From Bacteroidales bacterium (GTDB taxonomy: Bacteria; Bacteroidota; Bacteroidia; Bacteroidales; UBA932): a DNA stretch of 32,000 nucleotides. Position 1 is the stretch's first letter; every line of letters begins with the position of its first letter. The DNA is taken from contig JAFUFS010000051.1 in NCBI GenBank assembly GCA_017469745.1, positions 15,222 through 47,221 of the forward strand. Direction: 5' to 3'. Below the pieces are notes generated by a model that was not told where the DNA came from, did not search any database, and worked only from the letters and a program-made list of their open reading frames with translations. Shown here piece by piece: positions 21,433 to 28,554 of this stretch. A program made the translations under genes and the position numbers.

Positions 21433-22962
21433 TCAGATTTTCCCTAGGAAGTCGCTAAGATTGTCGCTGGCCTGGAGATTGAGCTTCTTGCGGAGACGGT
21501 ACCTGGCCATGTCGACGGATTTCGGTTCCATGGACATCATGAGTGAGATCTCCTTTGAGGACATTCCGATCCTGAGGAGCGAGGCAAGCCTTTTATCTGA
21601 GTTGGAAAGGTCCGGGTAGATGGATGAGAGTTTTGCGATGAAACCAGAGTTGATGTCATCTATCATCTTGTCGGCCTCGTCGTTTGTCCTGTTGAACTGG
21701 GAGATTGACGAATTGAGTTTCTTGAGGTGGCGCGTGGCTTCGTCCGAGTCCATCCCGTAGGCTTCCTTTATCCTGTCCTGGATGCCGGACAGGATCTCGT
21801 TTCGGCTGCGGACGTAGATTGCGAAGTTCTCAAGCTCTTTCTTGTTGAGATCCAGTTCCTTCTGCATCAGTTCCTTCTGCTTGTGGTTCGCTTTCCGGAA
21901 GACCCTGTAGGACACCGCCACCACGACACAGATCGCAGCCAGGATTGCGATGATTGCGGCCGCTATCTTCCTCCTAAGCCGGAACTCCCTTTCGCTCTGC
22001 TCCTGCTCTTTCCTGATGGTCTGGATGTTCTTTTCCATCAGGTTGACCTCGATGTTCTTCAGCCCTCCGGTCATGTCCTTGCTTTCGATCTGGTCCAGGA
22101 GGCTTTTCAGGTCCGAGTAGGCCCTGGAATACTCTCCCATGCCGGCATAGACCTCGGACCTGTAGCGGAGGTTGTCCATAGTCAGCTCCTGGGCGTTGGT
22201 CATGTCGGCGTAGACCTTTGCCTTTGAAAGGGCCTCCAGGGCGCTGGCATTGTCTCCTAGCCTCCTGTACTGGTAGCCGAGATTGTTGTAGTTCTCTCCG
22301 AGGACCCATGTCCTGCCGAGGGATTCGTTGATCGCTATCGCCTCCTTGAGCTGTTCGATTGTTGTGGCCGGATCCGCGTCGATGAAAGACATGTTGTTGA
22401 GATTCTGTGCGATCCCGATCTTGTTGCCTATGGCCCGGTTGAGCCTAAGGGACTCGGCGAAATACTTCCCGGCCATGCTATTGTCCGGTATCGCGATGTA
22501 GATCAGACCCTTGTTGTTGTTGCATCTCGCGATCGACGCCGTGTCCTTCCTATGTTCGGCAATGGCCTGAGCCTTCTCAAGGTACCTGAAGGCATGGTCG
22601 AAGTCCTTGATCTTCTGGTAGGAATAGCTTATGCTGAGGTAGATGTCGGCCATGAGGGAACTGTCCTCATCCGGGCAGTTCCTTTCAGCCTCGAGAAGAT
22701 ATTCATAACTGGTCACGTAATCGCCCATGTTGATGTAGGCATTTGCGATGAGGTACTGGGCTTCCGCGATCAGGGTCGGCTCCTTGGCCGAAGCCGCTTC
22801 CGTGAGTGCCTGCCCCGCGTGGTAGATTGCTTTGGCAGGATCCCGCGAGAGGTTCTCTCCTGCTTTGTCGAGGTGTTCGCGTACAGTCCATCCATCCTCC
22901 TTCGCAAGCAGCGGAAGAAGAGACAGGAAAAAAGCTATGAATATGGAAATGTATTTTTTCAT
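21433..22962 (-). CDS. Membrane-spanning TPR-repeat sensor fused to a C-terminal LuxR-type HTH (one-component regulator)
   Basis: 509 aa. It has an N-terminal signal/anchor (MKKYISIFIAFFLSLLPLLA) and about 270 aa of TPR-like repeats (AxxYxxxGxY patterns). A single internal TM follows (IAAAIIAILAAICVVVAVSY), then a coiled-coil and the LuxR/GerE HTH (SNSDKRLASLLRIGMSSKEISLMMSMEPKSVDMARYRLRKKL). Confidence 0.75.
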   Translation of the reverse strand: MKKYISIFIAFFLSLLPLLAKEDGWTVREHLDKAGENLSRDPAKAIYHAGQALTEAASAKEPTLIAEAQYLIANAYINMGDYVTSYEYLLEAERNCPDEDSSLMADIYLSISYSYQKIKDFDHAFRYLEKAQAIAEHRKDTASIARCNNNKGLIYIAIPDNSMAGKYFAESLRLNRAIGNKIGIAQNLNNMSFIDADPATTIEQLKEAIAINESLGRTWVLGENYNNLGYQYRRLGDNASALEALSKAKVYADMTNAQELTMDNLRYRSEVYAGMGEYSRAYSDLKSLLDQIESKDMTGGLKNIEVNLMEKNIQTIRKEQEQSEREFRLRRKIAAAIIAILAAICVVVAVSYRVFRKANHKQKELMQKELDLNKKELENFAIYVRSRNEILSGIQDRIKEAYGMDSDEATRHLKKLNSSISQFNRTNDEADKMIDDINSGFIAKLSSIYPDLSNSDKRLASLLRIGMSSKEISLMMSMEPKSVDMARYRLRKKLNLQASDNLSDFLGKI

Positions 22963-23000
22963 GGGCGGTTATCAGTCAAGGTAAAGGTACAACTTTTTTA

Positions 23001-23008
23001 TATATTTG
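23001..23008 (+). promoter_or_regulatory. Candidate -7 promoter box (TATATTTG) for the kinase-like/peptidase/PqqD/ABC operon
   Basis: Exact TAnnTTTG match about 20 nt upstream of ATG 23027, in the 64-nt gap between the divergent regulator gene and the operon. Confidence 0.35.
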
Positions 23009-23026
23009 CAGAATAATATTGTCGAT

Positions 23027-23905
23027 ATGCAGATCAAGGAAAAGTCATACAAGGTGGCGGGACACGTGTTCACGCTGAAGATGGAAGAGGACGATAAGCT
23101 TTGGAACGCCCTTGGCAACTACGAGCCTTTCGCGTGTGAGGCTGATTCCGATCCTGTGTTCACTCTCGAGCTTGTCCAAAAGGTTGAGACTGAGGGGAAG
23201 AAGGAACTTTATATCTCCGACCCTGAGGATGTCGAACAGAGGATTGACATCTACACCATGGAAGACGGCTACCTGTTCGAGATGGCTCCCTTCGGCAATG
23301 TGCCGGTGTGCGGTTGGCTCAGGGTGGATTCCGGTTTCACCACCGGTTCGCTCATGGTAGAAAAAGACAATCGCTTCTGCGTCAACAATGCCCTGATGCT
23401 GATGTATGCCTTCCGTACCGCGGATCTGGACACCCTTGAGATGCACGCCTCCGTGACCGTCAAGGACGGAAAGGGTTTCCTGTTCCTTGGCAAGAGCGGG
23501 ACCGGAAAGAGCACTCACAGCAGCCTCTGGCTTAAGAATATTCCCGGAACACATCTTTTGAATGACGACAATCCCATCGTGAGGATAGTTGACGGTCAGG
23601 TGAGGGTCTACGGCAGCCCTTGGAGCGGCAAGACCCCATGCTACCGCAATGAGGACTATCCGGCCGGGGCCTTCGTCAGGATCAACCGTGCTCCCTACGA
23701 TGCTATCCACAGGATGTCCATCCCCGAAGCTTTCGCATCGATTTCTTCGTCCTCGTCCGGCCTCAGGGCCATCCGGAGGATAGGAGACGGGCTCTATTCA
23801 ACACTGTCGTCGGTCGTCCAGACCGTGCCCTGCTATGTGCTCGACTGCCTTCCCGATGACGAGGCGGCCATAGTTTGTTCAAAGGAGGTTCTTGGCAATG
23901 CGTAA
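23027..23905 (+). CDS. HPr-kinase/phosphorylase C-terminal-domain-like P-loop protein (putative peptide/protein Ser kinase)
   Basis: I prefer ATG 23027 (MQIKEKSYKV...) over the track TTG 23006. The core HASVTVKDGKGFLFLGKSGTGKSTHSSLWLKNIPGTHLLNDDNPIVRI follows the HprK pattern H-x-S/V...G-x-G-x-L-x-x-G-x-S-G-x-G-K-S...L-x-x-DD. Confidence 0.6.
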   Translation: MQIKEKSYKVAGHVFTLKMEEDDKLWNALGNYEPFACEADSDPVFTLELVQKVETEGKKELYISDPEDVEQRIDIYTMEDGYLFEMAPFGNVPVCGWLRVDSGFTTGSLMVEKDNRFCVNNALMLMYAFRTADLDTLEMHASVTVKDGKGFLFLGKSGTGKSTHSSLWLKNIPGTHLLNDDNPIVRIVDGQVRVYGSPWSGKTPCYRNEDYPAGAFVRINRAPYDAIHRMSIPEAFASISSSSSGLRAIRRIGDGLYSTLSSVVQTVPCYVLDCLPDDEAAIVCSKEVLGNA

Positions 23906-24413
23906 GTTCGCCGAGTGGATCCTGAGGATGATGCGCCATGTCGTGCAGCCTTTCCTGAAGAAGCCTGCTTCTCCCGGAGTGGTTTCCGACAAGCGGACTA
24001 TCGGGGACGACAACTATTTCATGGCGGTACGCATGTTGCTTGACGAGGGTAAGGAAGTCCTGTTCACTCCCAAGGGCGACAGCATGCTGCCGTTCATCAA
24101 GAACGGACGCGATTCCGTGGTGCTGGCTTCGTTGTCCAGGCCGCTGGAAGTGGGAGACATAATCCTTGTCAAGATAGGCCCCAAGTACATCATGCACAGG
24201 ATTTTCGCCCTTGACGGAGACAGGATCACCTTGATGGGCGACGGAAACATAAAGGGCAAGGAGCACTGTACCTTGAAGGATGTGATCGGAATTGTGACCG
24301 AGATCCACAAGGAGAGCGGAAAGGTTGTCAAGCCCGGGAAAGGAAGGTTCTGGAGAGCCATCCGGCCGTTGAGATTATTTTTTTTGGTATTTTATAAAAG
24401 AGTGATATTATGA
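23898..24413 (+). CDS. S24/S26-clan serine peptidase (signal-peptidase/SipW-like)
   Basis: ATG 23898 overlaps the upstream stop (ATGCGTAA). It has the PKGDSMLPFIKNG nucleophile motif, then EVGDIILV and YIMHRIF (general-base region), and a hydrophobic C-terminal tail. Confidence 0.62.
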   Translation: MRKFAEWILRMMRHVVQPFLKKPASPGVVSDKRTIGDDNYFMAVRMLLDEGKEVLFTPKGDSMLPFIKNGRDSVVLASLSRPLEVGDIILVKIGPKYIMHRIFALDGDRITLMGDGNIKGKEHCTLKDVIGIVTEIHKESGKVVKPGKGRFWRAIRPLRLFFLVFYKRVIL

Positions 24414-24679
24414 GGATTATCGAAGGTTTCGTCCTTAGGCCCCTCGTCGGGGAGTACATAGTGATCGGTGAGGGAATCGCCCAGATCAACTTCAACAAGA
24501 TGGTTTCTCTGAACCCTACGGCCGCCTATCTTTGGGAAAGCGTCGAAGGCAAGGATTTCACAGTCGAAGACCTGACCAAGCTCCTTACCGACAAGTATGA
24601 AGTGACGGAGGAGCAGGCCGCCGCCGATGCCGCAGCCCTTGCGGCGAAATGGATCGAGGCCGGAATAGTCTCTGAATAG
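24410..24679 (+). CDS. PqqD-family protein (RiPP recognition element-type peptide chaperone)
   Basis: 89 aa with an ATGA overlap onto the peptidase stop. SLNPTAAYLWESVEGKDFTVEDLTKLLTDKYEVTEEQAAADAAALAAKWIEAGIV matches the PqqD-like pattern LN-x-TAA-x-W...G-x-x-T-V-x-(D/E)-(L/I)...Y-(E/D)-V. Confidence 0.75.
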   Translation: MRIIEGFVLRPLVGEYIVIGEGIAQINFNKMVSLNPTAAYLWESVEGKDFTVEDLTKLLTDKYEVTEEQAAADAAALAAKWIEAGIVSE

Positions 24680-24695
24680 TTTTACGTCCGGGACG

Positions 24696-26372
24696 ATGAA
24701 GGATTTCAAGACATGCATTAAGGGGCTCTGGAGGATGTCCAAGCCTGTGCTGGGAAGGGACCTTGTCACCGTCCTGATAGGAGGGGTACGCATTGCCGCC
24801 TCCCTCTCGTTCGTGTGGATCTGCAAACGTCTGGTGGACATTGCTACCGGTGTCAGTGACGTAGCTCTCGCACCTCACGTCTGGATAATGATCGGTATCA
24901 TCCTGACACAGATCATCTGCGGACTTGCATCCAATTACTGGGGCGCCTACAACACCATCAAGACTCGCAACCAGCTGAGACTCGGGATGTTCGCCCATGT
25001 GCTGAACTCCCGCTGGAATGGTCGTGAGGCCTTCCGTTCAGGAGACACGATCAACCGTCTTGAGGAGGACATCAGGGTTCTCACCGACCTTATCTGCGGC
25101 AGTTTTCCCGATGTGATCATCACCATCTGCCAGTTGCTTGCCGCTTCGGTCTACCTCTTGACGATGGCACCGTCGCTTCTCTGGGTCCTTATCATCCTGA
25201 TGGCTGCCGCCGTGATCGGCTCCAAGATGTATTTCAAGAAGATCCGTGAGCTTACGTCAAAGATACGCTCACTGGACAGCGAGGTTCAGCAGCTGGAGCA
25301 GGAGAATCTTCAGAACAGGGTTCTGGTCCTGACCCTTTTTGGCGTCGGGAATATAGTTTCGCGTCTCTCCGGTCTTCAGGAGACTATCAAAAAGAACACA
25401 ATCACCAGGCTCAATTACAATGCGGTTGCCAGGGGCTTCATGAACATCGGTTTCATGGGCGGATATGCCGCAGCCTTCCTTTGGGGAATATACGGCATCA
25501 AGTCCGGAGCGGTGACCTACGGTATGATGACCGCCTTCCTGCAGCTGGTCGGCCAGGTCCAGCGTCCTATTGCCAGCCTGGGTACGCAGGTACCTGCTTT
25601 CATCAAGGCGCTTACCTCGATAGAGCGTCTGCTGGAACTAGAGGACCTCAAGGTTGAGCGCTATCACGGTGACGTCCTCTTCGAAGGAGCCCCCGGGATC
25701 CGTGTCTCCGATGTCTCGTTCGCTTACTGTCATCCTGAGCGCAGCGAAGGATCTTCCAGTCGCAGCGAAGGATCTGCTCCTCGCCTCGTCCTCGACAACT
25801 TCTCCCACGACTTCGCTCCCGGTACGCTGACGGTAATCGCCGGTCCGACCGGAGTAGGGAAGAGTACCCTCACAAGGCTCATGCTTGGGCTGCTGCATCC
25901 GACAGAGGGAACCGTCAACCTATATTCCCGGAACGGCAAGTCCCACACTGCCGACGTGGACACTCGCTGCAATTTCACCTACGTTCCTCAGGGCAACAGC
26001 CTCCTAAGCGGTACGATCAGGGAGAATATGCTTCTGGTAAATTCGGAAGCTACTGATGAGCAGATCGTCGAGGCTCTAAAGCTGGCGGCTGCTGAGTTCG
26101 TGCTGGGTCTTCCCGACGGTCTTGACACGGTCTGCGGAGAGAGCGGCACAGGCCTTTCCGAAGGTCAGTGCCAGAGGATTGCCATAGCCAGGGCCCTGCT
26201 GCACCGTGGAGGAATCATGATCCTTGACGAGGCCACCTCCGCCTTGGATGTCGAGACCGAAGAACGTCTCCTCGACAACATCCACACCCATCTCGCCGGC
26301 GACAAGACCATCGTCTTCATCTCCCACCGTCCCGCCGCCACCCGTATCGCCGACGACGTCGTGAACCTGTAG
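24696..26372 (+). CDS. ABC exporter half-transporter (N-terminal 6-TM domain + C-terminal ATPase), no C39 peptidase domain
   Basis: 558 aa. Walker A is GPTGVGKST, the signature is LSEGQCQRIAIARAL, Walker B is ILDEATSALD, and the H-loop is FISHR. It carries an atypical insert, CHPERSEGSSSRSEGSAP, between NBD strands 1 and 2. Confidence 0.9.
   Translation: MKDFKTCIKGLWRMSKPVLGRDLVTVLIGGVRIAASLSFVWICKRLVDIATGVSDVALAPHVWIMIGIILTQIICGLASNYWGAYNTIKTRNQLRLGMFAHVLNSRWNGREAFRSGDTINRLEEDIRVLTDLICGSFPDVIITICQLLAASVYLLTMAPSLLWVLIILMAAAVIGSKMYFKKIRELTSKIRSLDSEVQQLEQENLQNRVLVLTLFGVGNIVSRLSGLQETIKKNTITRLNYNAVARGFMNIGFMGGYAAAFLWGIYGIKSGAVTYGMMTAFLQLVGQVQRPIASLGTQVPAFIKALTSIERLLELEDLKVERYHGDVLFEGAPGIRVSDVSFAYCHPERSEGSSSRSEGSAPRLVLDNFSHDFAPGTLTVIAGPTGVGKSTLTRLMLGLLHPTEGTVNLYSRNGKSHTADVDTRCNFTYVPQGNSLLSGTIRENMLLVNSEATDEQIVEALKLAAAEFVLGLPDGLDTVCGESGTGLSEGQCQRIAIARALLHRGGIMILDEATSALDVETEERLLDNIHTHLAGDKTIVFISHRPAATRIADDVVNL
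25737..25778 (+). repeat. Two tandem 21-nt units (core CGCAGCGAAGGATCT x2) in frame inside the ABC ATPase domain
   Basis: Unit 1 is GAGCGCAGCGAAGGATCTTCC (25737-25757) and unit 2 is AGTCGCAGCGAAGGATCTGCT (25758-25778). They share 16 of 21 nt, including a 15-nt identical core, and encode ERSEGSS/SRSEGSA. Confidence 0.8.
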
Positions 26373-26605
26373 GCCCTTTCTTGCCTGAAGCCGCATGCGG
26401 CCACTGTCCTTCATCCATCATCTGCCACATCCAGCGGCCATCTTCTTAACCATTCACAACCCGACAGTGCGGTTCTGTTACGGAATACTCTGATAATCTG
26501 AATATTAAGCAATTTAACCGTCTCGATTTTGAGACCGCTCAATTATACAATTGGCTGGTAATTAAATATTTACATCACAGCATTCCTTTCCCAGTTTTTA
26601 TTTAC

Positions 26606-26613
26606 TATTTTTG
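26606..26613 (+). promoter_or_regulatory. Candidate -7 promoter box (TATTTTTG) for the carbonic anhydrase gene
   Basis: TAnnTTTG match 28 nt upstream of ATG 26641, in an AT-rich 268-nt intergenic region. Confidence 0.3.
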
Positions 26614-26640
26614 TTCCACTAATCTTGGTGCAAAGTTTTT

Positions 26641-27183
26641 ATGATAGACGAAATCCTTCAGTACAACCGGGAGTTCGTGGCGAGAAAAGGCTACGAGCCG
26701 TTTATTACAGACAAATATCCTTCAAAGAAGCTTGCGGTGCTGACATGCATGGACACCCGCCTGACCGAGCTGTTGCCCAAAGCGCTCGGACTCAGGAACG
26801 GCGATGCAAAGATCATCCGCAATGCCGGAGGCCTGGTCCTGACTTCTACAGATTCAGCCATCCGCTCTTTGCTTGTAGGAATATATGAGCTTGGTGTTGA
26901 AGAGATTATGGTTGTCCATCATTCCAATTGCGGAGCCTGCCACATGTGCTTTGAAGAATTCAAGCCGCTGATGCTGGGAAGGGGAGTCTCCCCTGAAGCC
27001 ATTAAGGCTTTTGAAGAGGCCGGCTGTGACATTGAGGAATGGCTTGAAGGCTTCCATGACACCGAGGCTTCTGTCCGCCGTACTATGGCTGCGATCACCG
27101 GCCATCCACTTGTTCCAAAGGATGTTACCGTCCGCGGTTTCATCATAGATTCCGTCACCGGTGCTCTGACGGAACTTAAATAA
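26641..27183 (+). CDS. Beta-class carbonic anhydrase
   Basis: 180 aa. The zinc ligand and catalytic motifs are CMDTR (C-x-D-x-R) and HHSNCGA (H-x-x-C). The size and layout resemble short Cab-type beta-CAs. Confidence 0.82.
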   Translation: MIDEILQYNREFVARKGYEPFITDKYPSKKLAVLTCMDTRLTELLPKALGLRNGDAKIIRNAGGLVLTSTDSAIRSLLVGIYELGVEEIMVVHHSNCGACHMCFEEFKPLMLGRGVSPEAIKAFEEAGCDIEEWLEGFHDTEASVRRTMAAITGHPLVPKDVTVRGFIIDSVTGALTELK

Positions 27184-27312
27184 ACAGAAATTTTCAAAAG
27201 AAACCCCCTCCTAGGTCCGGTCGCCCCTTGGTGGTTTCCGGAAGATTTGGTAATCTTGCCAGCGAAAGGCCAGGCTTGACCTGACCTTATCCTTGACCTT
27301 AAACTTTAGATT

Positions 27313-28175
27313 ATGCAAATCTTTGCCAACCTGCTCCACGACGATACTTTCAAGATTGTCGTCGGGGCGCCGGGAAATGAGACCTGTTCTGTACTTCGGA
27401 AGAAGGGGAGCAGTTCATCGTAGAGATGCAGTTCTCTGGCCAGGCTACCTTCAAAGAACGGATGCTGGTGTACGCGACGTATCCGATCCGTGCGCAGATG
27501 GACAAGAGGCTGAAAGAAATAGAGAAACTGACATCAGGGGATGAAGAGGCTGCGGAAGCGAGTGGCAGGAAGCCCGACAAGATGTATTACGGCTTGCACC
27601 CGATCTATGTTATCAGCCTTCTGAACTTCAGTCTTCGTCATGAGAACAATGAGGCGTTGGACGAAGGGATGATCAGCCGGTATTCGATTCGGAATGACCG
27701 CAATGGAGAACTGATGACAGATGCACTGCACTTCATCTTTCTGGAACTTGGGCGGTTGGGCTTGAGGAAGAGGGACTACGCAAAGTGCAGGACACCGCTT
27801 CAGAAGATGGCATATTCGTTGAAATATATGCACGAGCTTGGCGCTGCTCCAGCAGGGTTCGAAGATGGGTTTCAACGGATGCTTTACAAGGCCAGCGAGC
27901 TGGCCGGAATGACACAAGAACAACGAAGACAATACGATAGAGCCATGACAACAAAGATTGACATAATTGCCCAGCAGGAATATGCCAGCGAGGAAGGACT
28001 CGCCGAGGGGCTCAAAAGAGGCCAAAGACAAGGTCGCCAGGAAGGTCGCGCAGAAGGTGCAGAACTCAAGTCTGAGGAGATTGCACGAAAGATGATTGAT
28101 TCGAACATTCCATATGAAACCATTAGATTATGCACAGGCCTATCAGATGCAAAGATCCGTAGCCTTATGGAATAA
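27313..28175 (+). pseudogene. Rpn-family recombination-promoting nuclease / PD-(D/E)XK putative transposase, N-terminal internal deletion plus frame change
   Basis: ATG 27313 gives MQIFANLLHDDTFKIVVGAPGNE, the family-typical N-terminus, then runs out of frame. The main frame opens only after TGA 27378-27380 with DLFCTSEEGEQFIVEMQFSGQATFKERMLVYATYPI..., which is the nuclease core. Roughly 45-50 aa that normally lie between the two pieces are missing. The C-terminus (EGLAEGLKRGQRQGRQEGRAEG...IPYETIRLCTGLS) is typical of the family. Confidence 0.62.
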
Positions 28176-28257
28176 ATTGAGCAATCAAACAATTAGACTC
28201 ACATATCCGTGCTTTCTAGGGCTTTTTTGCCTAGCAACCGCACCTGTAATAACGAAT

Positions 28258-28292
28258 CCGTGCTGTCAAGGTAGACCGGCACGGTGTTTTTT
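28258..28292 (+). terminator. Candidate rho-independent terminator downstream of the Rpn-like pseudogene
   Basis: A CCGTGC (28258-28263) / GCACGG (28279-28284) stem with a 15-nt loop is followed by TGTTTTTT. The stem is short and the loop is large, so the call is weak. Confidence 0.3.
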
Positions 28293-28554
28293 ATTATGTC
28301 TGTTCGGCCCGTTGTTCAGATCATTGTTGATAACTTTTTTTCATGATCATCCGGATGCAAAATCCACATTGGAGGCCCTTAATTTGAATCATTTTGATTA
28401 GCCACTTGCAGAACCTTCATTTTCTGTCCTTTAAGTGTAACTTAAAGATTTGGAATTCACCCGAAAAATTCATAAAAATGCAAGACTTTGGCTTTGAAAA
28501 ATTAACCGCATTTTTAGGCAAAATTTATTAATCATAAAATTCAAAATTTGTAGT

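Noticed and set aside
21254-21619. 121-aa plus-strand ORF in the susC-regulator spacer
   Set aside because: It runs from the spacer into the antisense of the regulator's LuxR HTH. It has no motifs and is better explained by the promoter and direct-repeat content of the spacer.
23001-26372. Calling the kinase/PqqD/ABC operon a canonical lasso-peptide cluster
   Set aside because: There is no asparagine-synthetase-like lasso cyclase, no transglutaminase-fold B2 protease and no precursor with a Thr at position -2 in or next to the operon. Only the accessory logic is shared, so it is reported as a lasso-like orphan system instead.
26395-26493. 32-aa ORF (MRPLSFIHHLPHPAAIFLTIHNPTVRFCYGIL) just downstream of the ABC gene, as the missing precursor peptide
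   Set aside because: It starts inside a GCCGCATGCGGC palindrome right after the ABC stop. It has no leader-like motif, no promoter-like box and no compositional signal of coding. It cannot be excluded without comparative data, but there is no positive support.
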